A stretch of 63,150 nucleotides of DNA, filler included, from Chiloscyllium plagiosum (Eukaryota), in NCBI RefSeq assembly GCF_004010195.1. It is 5 parts of one record of this genome, joined end to end, with 100 filler letters (N's around TTAATTAATTAA, not from the genome) between each part and the next. Parts side by side here need not be neighbours in the genome. Positions count along the whole stretch, not along the records: positions 1 to 25,466 come from NC_057712.1; 4 more parts are not named here. One strand, 5' to 3'. The notes below the pieces were generated by a model. That model did not search any database, was not told the DNA's origin, and was given only the letters and a program-made list of their open reading frames with translations. A program made the translations under genes and the position numbers. Below are positions 1 to 13,100 of the stretch, one piece after another; positions within the stretch are counted from its first letter, which is position 1, and each line of letters opens with the position of its first letter.

Positions 1-278
1 TTTTTCCACGTATGGAGTTAGCTATTACGAGGGGGCATAGCTTTAAATTAAGGGGGAGTTGGTATAGGACAGATGTTAGGGGTAGATTCGTGAGTTCATG
101 GAAGCCCTGCCAGTAGCAGTGGTGGACTCTCCCTCTATATGGGCATTTAAACGGGCATTGGGTAGGCATATGGAGGATAGTGGGCTAGTGTAGGTTAGGT
201 GGGCTTGGATCGGCGCAACATCGAGGGCCAAAGGGCCTGTACTGCGCTGTATTTTTCTATGTTCTATGTTCTATGTTC
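1..278 (+). mobile_element. CR1-type LINE 3' end
   Basis: CR1-like 3' UTR ending in a (ATGTTCT)n tandem tail at about 259-278. Confidence 0.75.
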
Positions 279-1469
279 TTTTCAACCTTCCACTTGGTCA
301 CAACAAATGTTTATATCGTTTTAGATTGAACCTCTATGCAATTGAAATGTACTTAATGAATTTCTACATAATAGCAAGGAGTCAATCACAGGTTTTACAT
401 GAGTAAAAATAAAACAAGTTTACTGCCATCCAATCCGGGAAAAAGATGAAGACATGACATCAAGAAAATGGGCCTTCTGAATCAGATATAATGATGATTC
501 ATGGGGAATATATTTAGTATCAAAGAGGAAAAAAGTGACACAATCAAATGGAAAAAGGAAAGACTCACCTTGGGCATAGTTAAATGGAAAATATTCAATG
601 AACTCAAAGTGTAGGTAGAATTAGATGATTGACAGTTTTCTCTTGGAGCTATGTGGGCTGTTGCCTGTGAATTTTTTTAAGGGAACTGAGCTAGCTGATT
701 TTTCCACCACTCGGAATACTGGACCAGGTGAGAAGCATGCACAGGCACGCTCCAGTGACTTTTGATCGTTTGAAAAAAAATCACCTGAAAGTCAAGAGAC
801 CATGGTATGATCTTGGGAAACCAATGTAAGTGTGCAAAGATGGATTTTACATCTGAAGTAACTAACATGCAGGAATGCATGGTGAAAGTACACTGAAGAA
901 TGGGTCTCAAACATGCACATCTACTTGACAAAATGATCAGTGTGGTCTGGAAGATCACAAAAACAGTTTAAATAATAAAGCACTGACACATAATCCACGG
1001 AGAAACTGCCTTTTGGTATCAATTGCAATGGGAGACAAAAGGGAAAATTACTGAATAAATATCCACGAGATAGGTGGACTTGAAGGAACAGCTGGAGAAT
1101 ATTTTAAGTCCACACATAATTTGTCACCAGTTAAACATGAGCCAATCCTAAACTTTATCACATGTATCATCAACTTGCGACTAGTAAACACCATGCAACT
1201 GCTTCAAACATGAGACCTTCCGACATACCATTAAGAGTTAATCATGAGGAGTTAACTGTACATGACAATAAGCAATTGAAATAAAGTGGAAAAGTAAGCA
1301 GCAAAGGTTGGGAAAACGAGCATTATTTCCTTGGTCATTGCTATCGGATGTAAACCAGTTTAGCACCTAGGCCAAGGGTTTAAAGAGGATGTTTTTGGAG
1401 TTGCCCATTTCTGAAGAGATTGTGAGTTGAAGCAGCAGTTTGAGCAATTAGTTAATAGGTAGGAATCTG

Positions 1470-2580
1470 ACATACTTAGATAGAGAGGAGCTACTTGTAG
1501 GCAGGTCTACATTTGGAAAGTGAGAATCTTTTAGAAGTAGTGTAGTGAGAGTTCAGGACCAGCATGTTTCTCTAACAGTGTAGGGGAAAGACAGCATGCC
1601 CAGGAAACCTTAGATGTCAAAGGAGATTGAAAGTTCAATAAAGACAAAGAAGGAAGCATATGTTAGATACAGAGCATTAAAACCTGAGGATGTTCTTCAG
1701 AAGTATTAGGAGCATTGCGCTGATGCTTTAAATAGAAATTAAGAGGCAAAGAAAGCCCCTGAAATCTCTTTGGCAGATTGGATTAAGGAAAAGCCAAGGC
1801 TTTCTATGAGGATATTAAGAGCAAGAAGATTACCAGTGAAGAGTGGGAATCATTGGAGACCAAACAGGACATCTGTATGTCAAGCCAGAGGACATGGGTG
1901 AGGTCTTAAATGAATATTTTTCATCTGTATTCACAATGAAGAAATAGCTGAGATGATGAGGTTCCAGAACATGTTAATCTTAACAGTGAGGAGGTGTTAG
2001 ATGCTTTAGCAGGCATAAATGTGCATAAATCCCAAAGGCCTGATGAAATATATCCCAGGCTTCAATGAGGCAAGGCAGGAGATTGCTAGAGACCCTGGCA
2101 AAGATACAGTAGCGCCTCGACTTACAAACTTAATCCGTTCTGGGACCCGGTTCACGAACCGAAAAGTTCGCGAACTGAATCAATTTTTCCCATTGTTCAG
2201 ATAGCGTAAGAATGCTTGGATGGCTGTTCACAGCGCACGCGCCAAAGACGAACTGAATGAGACCACGCGGGGCCCAAGAGCTTATGTGTTCAACAAGCGC
2301 ATAGCAAAGCAGAGCAATGAAACCACGTGGTCGCACACAAGCGTTTTGCGTTCGTACCTTTGTTCGTACCTTGAATTCCGTACGTACGTTGAAGCAAAAT
2401 TTTACGTACAATCCTGTTCGTAAACCAATTTGTACGTGAAAGGGGTCGTTCGTATGTCGAGGCGCTACTGTATTTATTAATTTGCTGGCCACAACTGAAG
2501 TGACAGATGACTGGAGGATAACTAATATGGTTCCTTTGTTCAAGAAAAGATGCAGGGATAGGCCAAGCCATTATAAACTA
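1470..2580 (+). mobile_element. Old CR1 LINE ORF2 fragment interrupted by a MITE
   Basis: Degenerate similarity to the CR1 ORF2 copies at 2648-3195 and 11100-12300. Sequence resumes colinearly after 2472. Confidence 0.7.
2107..2470. mobile_element. Tc1/mariner (Tigger/pogo-like) MITE
   Basis: Terminal inverted repeats CAGTAGCGCCTCGAC...GTCGAGGCGCTACTG, flanked by TA on both sides (2105-2106, 2471-2472). Confidence 0.9.
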
Positions 2581-2647
2581 CATAAAAACAATGACTGCAG
2601 ATGGTGGAAACCAGATTCTGGATTAGTGGTGCTGGAAAAGCACAGCA

Positions 2648-3195
2648 TATATTTAAGAGGGAAATCAGGAGAGCAAAATGGGGACATGAGATAGCTTTGG
2701 CAAATAGAATTAAGGAGAATCCAAAGGATTTTTACAAATATATTAAGGACAAAAGGGTAACTAGGGAGAGAATAGGGCCCCTCAAAGATCAGCAAGGCGG
2801 CCTTTGTGTAGAGCCACAGAAAATGGGGGAGACACTAAATGAGTATTTTGCATCAGTATTTACTGTGGAAAAGGATATGGGAGATATAGACTGTAAGGAA
2901 ATAGATGGTGACATCTTGCAAAATGTCCAGATTACAGAGGAGGAAGTGCTGGATGTCTTGAAATGGTTAAAGGTGGATAAAGCCCCAGGACCTGATCAGG
3001 TGTACCGAGAACTCTGTGGGAAGCTAGAGAAGTGATTGCTGGGCCTCTTGCTGAGATATTTGTATAATCGATAGTCACAGGTGAAGTGCTGGAAGACTGG
3101 AGGTTGGCAAACGTGGAGTCACTGTTAAAGAAGGGTGGTAAGGACAAGCCAGGGAACTATAGACCAGTGAGCCTGACCTCAGTGGTGGGCAAGTT
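2648..3195 (+). mobile_element. CR1 LINE ORF2 fragment
   Basis: KREIRRAK...NPKDFYKYIK...LNEYFASVFT...DKAPGPD, near-identical to the CR1 copy at 11533-12231. Confidence 0.9.
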
Positions 3196-3521
3196 ATGTT
3201 TTTCCATGCTTTGTATCCTTCTCTCAGCTTTACAGTTAGCTTGAGGGTACCTCAGAAAGCTTAAAATATGGATAAATTCACTTAACTGTAAAAGATTGGA
3301 AACATTCAGTGCCACGTTGTGACCCATTGTCAGAGGTGTCATGTGCTTGCAGAGTGGGAAATATGATTTTTAAAGATGTTATTGTGGCCTCTAAAGTGGG
3401 TCAATTAAACATCAACACTTGAGCCATCTGAATCTTAGTGCAAAAAGGTGAGATAACCATCCCCTTAAATTGAAATAAATCAATGTGAAGTGTTCCCCCA
3501 GCCTGGTTGGAAAAGGAGATG

Positions 3522-3737
3522 AAAAGTATGGTGCTGGAAAAGCATGGCAGGTCAGGGAGCATCCGAGGAACAGGAGAAGAGACGATTCGGACATAAGCCT
3601 TTCATCAGGAATGAAGAAATGCTTATGCCTGAAACATCGACTCTCTTGCTCCTCGGATGCTGCCTGATCTGCTGTGCTTTTCCAGTGCCATACTTTTGAA
3701 CTCTAATCTCCAGCATCTGCAGTCCCTCACTTTCTCC
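3522..3737. mobile_element. Short Penelope-derived insertion (family A), internally inverted
   Basis: Two opposed copies of the family-A terminal sequence. 14-bp direct duplication TGGAAAAGGAGATG at 3508-3521 and 3738-3751. Confidence 0.75.
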
Positions 3738-3814
3738 TGGAAAAGGAGATGCTTATACAAGGGAATGATCTCCTACTTCCATCTTGGGCAAAAGACATTC
3801 ATTGTTTTTAAAAT

Positions 3815-4140
3815 AAGTTCATAGAGGCCGATATCCCATCATCATCAACAACAAAAACAGAAGTTGTTAGAAAAGCTCAGCAAGTCTGGCAGCATCTAGG
3901 AAGAGAAATCAGAGTTAACATTTTGGGTTCGGTGAACCTTCCTCACCCTTTATTTATATGTGGAGAGACCTTGAAACTGATCCGGCTCCCTCAGAGCCAG
4001 CTCTCAGAGTGAACAGAACCCCTCGACACTCCTGTTGATATCTGTCAGCCAAGGCTCCCTGATTGGACCAGATTAACAGCACCAATCAGGCAGCTCATAC
4101 TCTATGAGGTCCACCTGACTGACTTCTTTACAATTACTAT
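3815..4140 (-). mobile_element. LTR-like fragment interrupted by a short Penelope-like (family C) piece at about 3845-3945
   Basis: TTTATT (AATAAA on -) and opposed CCAAT boxes. The inserted piece resembles 25841-25945 in reverse. Confidence 0.4.
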
Positions 4141-5299
4141 CATTTTTACCAATATGACAGAGTTTTCAGGCATAAGTATACAATTGCTTCCTCTCTGTCA
4201 TTTTGACAATTTCCTTTTAAATGATAGAAATCAGTTTTTTAAAACAACTAATTGTAAGGCAATTGGGACTGTGAAAGGGTTTACAGTGGCAGAAAAATCA
4301 TATAAAACCAGAATATCCAGTAAGTTAGCATCTTTCAAGAAGAAAACTAGGTGATGACATTTCAAGTTGGTGTCATTGATGAAGGATGTCTGTCTGAATT
4401 TACAAGGTATCATTGGACAAGGTGGCCTGAGTAAGAAATTGTCTCTATGAAGGGATAGAATGGGAACTGATCCAGGGCACATTCCTGTTCCAGTGCGTAG
4501 GCGGCACCAAGTTCAGATGGAAATACCAGCAATGTGTCTGCAGAAAGGTTTATCTTTACTGCTTGATGAAGCATTGGGTAAACCGTTAGCAACACTTGTG
4601 CAACAGCATAGCAGCTTGCTCACAGGGACTGAAGATGTACTTATCAGAACAAAGGTCTGTGGCTCTGAAGCAAAAGTGCCAGCTTTTTGCAGAACATCCG
4701 TGACCATACTTCGTTCTTCCCTATAGGAACTATTATGATCTTGACATATTATTTTGAGTTTATTTAATACAATGGCATGGTTGGCTAGCAACAAGAATCA
4801 GTACTCAACGTGGCTGTGCAGTGAATCATGTGAATTATTCATTGTTGTTGTGATAGTTTTTTGTCTGTGACTTTTCAGAGGTGGGAAAATTTTGAGCACA
4901 TAGCATCTAACATCTTATACTCTGCTGGGAATTCTTGTGGCTGAACTGCATCTATTAGAATGGACAGCTGCCAAGATCTGGGCAGAGCAATTAGGCTGGA
5001 TGGCAACTGAGCAGTTGTTACCTATGCAATGGGCTGAATGGCCCCCTTCCATATTGTCAAATTTCTATGATTCTTCCTCACAAATTATTACATTGTTCTT
5101 TCTCTTCAGCCTACAAGGTATTTGCTTGACCAGGGTTCTGGGTATGCAGCTGAGCTTAAACATACGTCCATTGAGAGCTCCAACATTTGCAAACATGCTG
5201 AAAACAGAGTCACTCTGTGATTTTCTTACTCCCTCTGACCACCATAAGTGCCTTATGTTTGCTCCACAAATGCTACACAAAATACAAAGATGCAGAAAA

Positions 5300-5778
5300 A
5301 TATTACAAGAATGTTGCCAGGACTCAAGGGTTTGAACTATAGGAAGAGGTTGAATGGGCTGGGGCAATTTTCACTGGATCGTTGGAGGCTGAGGGGTGAC
5401 CTTTCAGGGGTTTATAAAATCATGAGGGGCATGGATAGGGTAAATTGGCAATATCTTTTGCCCAGGTATGGGAGTCTCAAATTAGAGGACATAGGTTTCA
5501 GGTAAGAGGGGAAAGATTGAAAAGGGGCCTGAGGGACAACTTTTTCATGCAGAGGGTGGTGTATGTATGGAGTGAGCTGCCAGAGGAAGTGGCGGAGGCT
5601 GGTTCAATTACAACATTTTAAAGGCATCTGGATGAGTATATGAATAGGAAGGATTTACAGGGATATGGGCCAAATGTTGGCAAATGGTGATTAGAATTAT
5701 CTTCGGATATCTGGTCAGCATGCATGAGTTGGACAGAAGGATCTGTTTCCATGCTATGTAACTCCATGACTCTATGAC
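5300..5778 (+). mobile_element. CR1 LINE 3' end
   Basis: TRMLPGLKGLNY...RLRGDL C-terminus with (CTCTATGA)-type tail. Confidence 0.88.
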
Positions 5779-5914
5779 AATCGGTTCTGCTCTCTTTATA
5801 ACACCTCAACTCCTGGATGTATGTCAGGAATTCAGAAAATACTCACTTTGTCTTTCCATTCACTGATATATTTCAAATCAAAGGGATGGTTTAAGTTTGA
5901 CTCCTGAATGTACA

Positions 5915-6060
5915 TGCTTGACTAGCTCTGTTGGCTGGATAGCTGGTTTGTGATGGAGCATAAGGGGGTTCAATTCCTACTCCTTTTGCCTGAGGCATGG
6001 TGACACCCAGGCTAAAGCACCATTGGTTGTCTAATAAGAGAGCAGGACAATAGTCACCTC
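5915..6060 (+). mobile_element. tRNA-derived SINE (degenerate)
   Basis: A-box-like TAGCTCTGTTGG and B-box GGTTCAATTCC. A related copy lies in reverse at about 38245-39045. Confidence 0.5.
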
Positions 6061-6259
6061 ATACACATGCTTGGCAGAGAAGCTTAAAGCTCAGAACCAG
6101 AACTTCTCAAATCACCATGTACGTCATCCTCAAATCCCAGCCACAGTCAAAACCTTGTTGCTATCTTGTGAGAATGATTTTTCTTTTGGTCATTCAAAAG
6201 AAATGACCAAATACTACACAAAATAGAAAAGATGCAAAATATGGGCTTTGTTAACTTTG

Positions 6260-7436
6260 TTCATTTATTGTCCAATTCTAATTGCCCTTGAAAAGTTGGC
6301 AGTGAGCTGCCTTCTTAAACCACTCCAGTATATTCGGTAGCGGTACACATAAAATGCTGTTAGGGAGGGAGTTCCATGATTTTGACCTACCATTTGGAGG
6401 CACACTGATATATTTCTAAATTCAGATCATGAGTGGCTTTGAGAAGAATTTGCAGGTGATGATGTTCCTATGTATCTGCTACCCTTGTCTTTTTATATGG
6501 AAGTGATTTGGAAGGAACTGTCTAAGGACACTTGTTAAATGTTTGCAGTGCATCTTGTAGATGGTACACACTGCTGCAACTGAACTACAGTCATGGAGAG
6601 AGTGGATATTTGTGGATGTGGTATCAATCAAGCAGATGTTTTGTGCTGAAACATTTCAAGTATCTTCAGTGTTTTTGGAGCTGCACCCATCCAGGCAGGT
6701 AGGGAATATTCCATCACATGGTGGACAGGCTTTGAGGAGTCAAGAAACATGTTACTCAACAGAGTACCAAGTTGAAAGTGAGGACTGAAGATGTTGGAAA
6801 TCAGAGTCAAAAGGTGTGGCGCTGGAAAAGCACAGCAGGTTAGGCAGCATTGGAGGGTCAGGAGAGTCGGCGTTTCGGGCATAAGCCCTTCATTTGGACT
6901 CAGAGTATCTAGTTGGTGATCTGCTCTTGTAGCCATTGTATTTTATACAGCTAGTCTCAGTTAAGTTTCAGGTCTTTGGTAACCCATTTGACATTGATAG
7001 TGGGGGATTCAGTGATGGTAGAATTAAATGCCAAGATGCAATGGTCAGATTCTCCCTTGTTGGAGATGGTCATTGCCTGGCACTTGTGTGGCACAATTGC
7101 CATTTGTCAGCCCAAGTGTAGATATTGCCTAGGTCATGTTACATCTTAACATGGAATGCTTCAGTATCTGAGGAGTCAGAAATGTTACTGAACATCGTGC
7201 AATCATAGACAAATAACCTCACCTTATAATGGAGAGAAGATCATTGATGAAACAACTGAAGATGGTTAGACCTAGGACTCTCCCCTGATGAACTATTCCA
7301 GCGATGTCCTAGAGCTGAGATGGCTGACCTTCAACATTGTCTTCCTGCGTGCTAAATATGATTGCATCCAGCAATGAGTTACTCCCTGATTCATATTGAT
7401 TCTGGATTTTCTGGCACTCCTTTATGCCCACATGAA
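6260..7436 (-). mobile_element. Old CR1/L2-group LINE 3' region, interrupted by a Penelope-derived piece at about 6770-6895
   Basis: Minus-strand VMEYSLPAWMGAAPKTLKILE. Related copies at 20445-21350 and 44050-44640. Confidence 0.65.
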
Positions 7437-8844
7437 GTCAGGCAGTTTAGGAAAGTGTACCTTTGAATTTCCCGAGATGCTGCCTGACCTGCTGCGCTTC
7501 TCCAGCAACACATTTTCATCTCTGATCTCCAGCATCTGCAGACCTCATTTTCTCTTCATGGCTGACCTTCAACATTGTCTTCCTGCGTGCTAAATGTGAT
7601 TGCATCCAGCAATGAGTTACTCCCTGATTCATATTGATTCTGGATTTTCTGGCACTCCTTTATGCCCACATGAACATAGACTTGAAATCTCCCTGCTCCG
7701 CTCAATACTATGTAGTGAGATTCAAATGATGAATAGTTGCATAAAAAATGTTCAGACCATCTTAACCGTTTCCTAATGTCCTACTTGGTGATTGAAAAGA
7801 ATGTAGTTTTTGTAACATGGAATGTTGTCTGGATTCTTCCCAGAGTTGCTGCCAGCACTGAGAGGCCAGCACTACAAGTGCCAAGAAAAATAATTTGTTC
7901 GGATTTCCCAACAGCAGAATACCTGACATTTTAACCAATCATTTATGGATGTTGACGTAGCTTCATGGGTCAAACAACACTCCCAGTACAAAATGGTCTG
8001 AATGCTTCCCTATATATTAGCGCATTAATATATAACACAGAGATCAGATTCAGCAGATAGATGTCATGAAGTTTATTAACAAGACTAACTATTTATATTG
8101 CTATAATAACATTGATTATGCATAGTCTGCATTCTATGTTTACTGATGTTATTGCACATTACATACGCATAACTGTATAAATGAATGGACTACACTGGTG
8201 GCATTGCACCAAGACAGTGATTGATGGTGAAGTGGGAGCTTTCTACTAGAACATCCCATTGTAAAGTCATGTAACTGTGTTAAAGGTAGACTTTCTATCT
8301 GGTTTGGCATCTATGAGGTAATACAATGGATCTAAGAACTCATACACTCTTTTGTATTCAACTCTAATTGCGCATTCTGCATAATTTAACTTATACTTCT
8401 TATTCACTATATGTGACCATAATCCTCATGATATAAAAATCAATGGGTGAAATCCTGGAAAATGGAAACCATATTTTTCATCGCAAAAGCTTCATCTGGA
8501 AGAAGTTATTGATGTTGAATTTAACACCACCTCCAATAAGTTAGCTCAGCTTTTGCCGAACTGGGAAAAGAGTATTTGAGGGTGAGGATCCAAAACCCAA
8601 GACTACCGTACAGCGTTGATCTCCATGTTTCTTATGCCTTGTAATGTCATTGCACATTGCTGCCAACTCTTTGGAGTCATTGGTTTGTGACCTACCAAAA
8701 TGGATAAGCCCTATTTAGGAAGTACATCAAGGGACTTTGTTTGGAATGGGCAGAGGTGAACATGAGGCGAGAGAGCCTACAAACACCTCATCGAGCTGAC
8801 AAAATAAATACCACTTGCCACACATGTCAGGAAGACTGCAGTTA

Positions 8845-10170
8845 GAGAGTCATAGAGTCATAGAGATGTACAGCACAGAAACAGACCCCTTCAGTCCAAC
8901 TCGTCCATGCTGACCAGATATCCCAAACCAATCTATTCCCACCTGCCAGCACCCGGCCCATATCCCTCCAAACTCTTCCTATTCATATACCCATCCACAT
9001 GCTTTTTAAATGTTGCAATTGTACCAGCCTCCACCACTTCCTCTGGCAGCCCATTCCACACACGCACCACCCTCTGCGTGAAAAGGGTGACCTTTAGATC
9101 TCTTTTATATCTTTCCCTTTTCACCCTACACCTATGCCCTCTAATTCTGGACTCCCCCACCCCAGGGAAAAGACCTTGTCTATTTACGCCTTCCATGCTC
9201 TCATGATTTTATAAACCCCTCAGCCTCCAACGCTCCAGGGCAAACAGTCCCAGTCAATTCAGCGTCTCCCTATAGCTCAAATCCTCCAAACCTGGCAACA
9301 TCCTTGGAAACCTTTAGTGAACCATTTCAAGTTTCACATAAGCCTTCCAATAGAAAGGAGACCAGAACTGCACGTAATATTCCCAAAATGGCCTAACCAA
9401 TATCCTGTACAACCGCAACATGACCTCCCAACTTCTGTACTCAATACTCTGACCAATAAAGGAAAGCATATCAAACACACCTTCTTCACTATCCTATCTA
9501 CCTGTGACTCTACAATCAAGGAACTATGAACCTGTACTCCAAGGTCTCTTTGTTCAGCAACACTCCCTAGGACCTTAACATTAAGTGTGTAAGTCCTGCT
9601 AAGATTCACTTTTCGAAATGCAGCACCACGAATTTATCTAAGTTAAACACCATCTGCCACTTCTCAGCCCATTGGCCTATCTGATCAAGATCCCATTGTA
9701 ATTTGAGGTAACCCTCTTCGCTGTCCACTACCTCTCCAATTTTGGTGTCATCTGCAAACTTACTAACTATACCCCTTATGCTCACACCCAAATCATTTAT
9801 ATAAATGATGAAAGGTAGTGGACCCAGCACCGATCCTCGTGGTACTCCACTGGTCACAGGCCTCCAGTCTGAAAAACAACCCTCCACCACCACCCTCTGT
9901 CTTCTACCTTTGAGCCAGTTCTGTATCCAAATGGCTGGTTCTCCCTGTATTCCATGAGATCTAACCTTGCTACACAGTCTCCTATGGGGTCAAATGCCTC
10001 ATTGAAGTCCAGAAGACCTCCAGTCTTCTGGCACCTCATCTGTGACTATCAATGTTACAAATATCTCAGCAAGAGGCCCAGCAATCACTTCCCAAGCCTT
10101 CCACAGAGTTCTAGAGTTCGAGATCAGGTCCTGGGGGTCTTTTGTGCATTTCAAGATATCTAGCACTTCC
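8845..10170 (-). mobile_element. 5'-truncated CR1 LINE with internal deletions
   Basis: SGVPRGSVLGP and KFADDTK RT motifs; (GAGTCATA)n tail on + at about 8845-8865. Confidence 0.9.
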
Positions 10171-10174
10171 TTCC

Positions 10175-13100
10175 AGAGTCATAGAGTCATAGAGATGTTT
10201 AGCATGAAAACAGACCCTTCGGTCCAACCCGTCCATGCTGACCAGATATCCCAACCTAATCTACTCCCACCTGCCAGTACCCGGCCCATATCTCTCCAAA
10301 CCCTTTCTATTCATATACCCATCCAAATGCCTCTTAAATGTTGCAATTGAACCAGCCTTCACCATTTCCTCTGGCAGTTCATTCCATCCATATACCACCC
10401 TCTGTGTGAAAAAGGTGCCCCTTAGGTCTCTTTTATATCTTTCCCCTCTCACTCTAAACCTATGCCCTCTAGTTCTGGACTCCCCGACCCCAGGGAAAAG
10501 ACTTTGTCTATTTATCCTATCATGCCCCTCATAATTTTGTAAACTTCTATAAGGGAAAACAGCCCAAGCTGATCAGCCTCTCCCTGTAGCTTAGATCCTC
10601 CAACCCTGGCAACATCCTTGTAAATCTTTTCTGAACCCTTTCAAGTTTCACAACATCTTTCTGATAGGAAGGAGACCAGAATTGCATGCAATATTCCAAC
10701 AGTGGCCTAACCAATGTCCTGTACAGCCGCAACATAACCTCCCAACTCCTGAACTCAATACCCTGACCAATAAAGGAAAGCATACCAAACGCCTTCTTCA
10801 CTATCCTATCTACCTGCGACTCCACTTTCAAGAAGCTATGAACCTGCACTCCAAGGTCTCTTTGTTCAGCAGCACTCCCTAGGACCTTACCATTAAGTGT
10901 ATAAGTCCTGCTAAGATCTGCTTCCCAAAATGCATGCAGCACCTCGCATTTATCTAAATTAAACTCCATCTGCCACTTCTCAGCCCATTGGCCCATCTGG
11001 TCAAGATCCTGTTGTATTCTGAGGTAACTCTCTTCGCTGTCCACTACACATCCAATTTTGGTGTCATCTGCAAACTTACTAACTGTACCTCTTATGCTCG
11101 CATCCAAATCATTTATTTAAATGACAAAAAGTAGAGGGCCCAGCACCGATCCTTGTGGCACTCCACTGGTCACAGGCCTCCAGTCTGAAAAACAACCCTC
11201 CACCACCACCCTCTGTCTTCTACCTTTGAGCCAGTTCTGTATCCAAATGGCTGGTTCTCCCTGTATTCCATGAGATCTAACCTTGCTAATCAGTCTCCCA
11301 TGGGGAACCTTGTTGAACGCCTTACTGAAGTCCACATACATCACATCTACCACTCTGCCCTCATCAATCCTCTTTATTACTTCCTCAAAAAACTCAAACA
11401 AGTTTGTGAGACATAATTTCCCACGCACAAAGCCATGTTGACTATCCCTAATCAGTCCTTGCCTTTCCAAATACATGTACATCCTGTCCCTGAGGATTCC
11501 CTCCAACAACTTGCCCACTTCCATCGTCAGCCTCACTGGTCTATAGTGCCTTGGCTTGACCTTACCACCCTTCTTAAAAAGTGGCACCACGTTAGCCAAC
11601 CTCCAGTCTTCTGGCACCTCCCCTCAGCTTCCCTCAGAGTTCTAGGGTACACCTGATCAGGTCCTGGGGATTTATCCACCTTTACCCGTTTCAAGACATC
11701 CAGCACTTCCTCCTCTGTAATATGGATATTTTGCAAGATGTCACCATCTATTTCCCTACAGTCTATATCTTCCATGTCCTTTTCCACAGTAAATACTGAT
11801 GCATAAAACTCATTTAGTATCACCCCCATTTTCTGCGGCTCCATACAAAGGCCACCTTGCTGATCTTTGAGGGGCCCTATTCTCTCCCTAGTTACCCTTT
11901 TATCCTTAATGTATTTGTAAAAACTCTTTGGATTCTGCTTAATTCTATTTACCAAAGCTATCTCATGTCCCTTTTTTGCCCTCCTGATTTCCCTCTTAAG
12001 TATACTCCTACATCCTTTGAACTCTTCTAAGGATTCACTCGATCTATCCTGTCTATGCCCTACATATGCTTCCTTCTTTTTCTTAACCAAACCCTCAATT
12101 TCTTTAATCATCCAGCATTCCCTATAGCTACCAGCCTTTCCTTTCACCCTAACAGAAATATACTTTCTCTGGACTCTCGTTATCTCATTTCTGAAGGGCT
12201 TTCCTTTTTCCAGCCGTCCCTTTACCTGCAAATATCTGCACCCAATCAGCTTTCAAAAGTTCTTGCCTAATACTATCAAAATTGGCCTTTCTCCAATTTA
12301 GAACTTCAGTTTTTAGATCTGATCTATCCTTTTCCATCAGGATTTTAAAACTAATAGAATTATCTTCGCTGGCTCCACTGACACCTCAAATCACCTGACC
12401 TGCCTTATTTCCCAAGACTAGGTAAAGTTTTGCACCTTCTCTATTAGGTACAACCACATACTGAATCAGAAAATTTTCTTGTACATGCTTAACATATCCT
12501 CTGTTTCTAAACCCTTAACACTATGGCAGTCCCAGTCTATGTTCAGTCGGTTAAAATCCCCTATCATAACCACCCTATTATTCTTACAGATAGCTGAGAT
12601 CTCCTTACAAATTTGTTTCTCAATTTCCCACTGACTATTAGGTCTCTATAATACATTCCCAATAAGGTGACCATCCCTTTCTTATTTTTCAGTTCCACCC
12701 AAATAACTTCCCTGGATGTATTTCCGGGAATATTCTCCCTCAGCACAGCTGTAATGCTATCCCTTATCAAAAGCACCACTCCCCCTCCTCTCTTGCCACC
12801 CTTTCTGTCCTTCCTGTAGCATTTGTATCCTGGAACATTAAGCTGCCAGTCCTGCCCATCCCTGAGCCATGTTTCTGTAATTGCTATGATATCCCAGTCC
12901 CACGTTCCTAACCATGCCCTGAATTCATCTGCCTTTCTTGTTAGGCCTCTTGCATTGAAATAAATGCAGTTTAATTTATCAGTCCTACCTTGTTCTCTGC
13001 TTTGTCCCTACCTACCTTGACTGTTTGACTCGCTTCTGTTTTCAACTGTACCAGTCTCAGATTGATCACTTTCCTCACTATCTCCCTGGGTCCCCCCACC

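Noticed and set aside
4410..4794. Overlapping 60-90 aa ORFs on both strands
   Set aside because: No recognisable domain, no NBAS similarity and no convincing splice pair.
5101..5125. Possible micro-exon (ttcag CCTACAAG gtattt)
   Set aside because: 8 nt, weak donor and no match to NBAS; likely chance.
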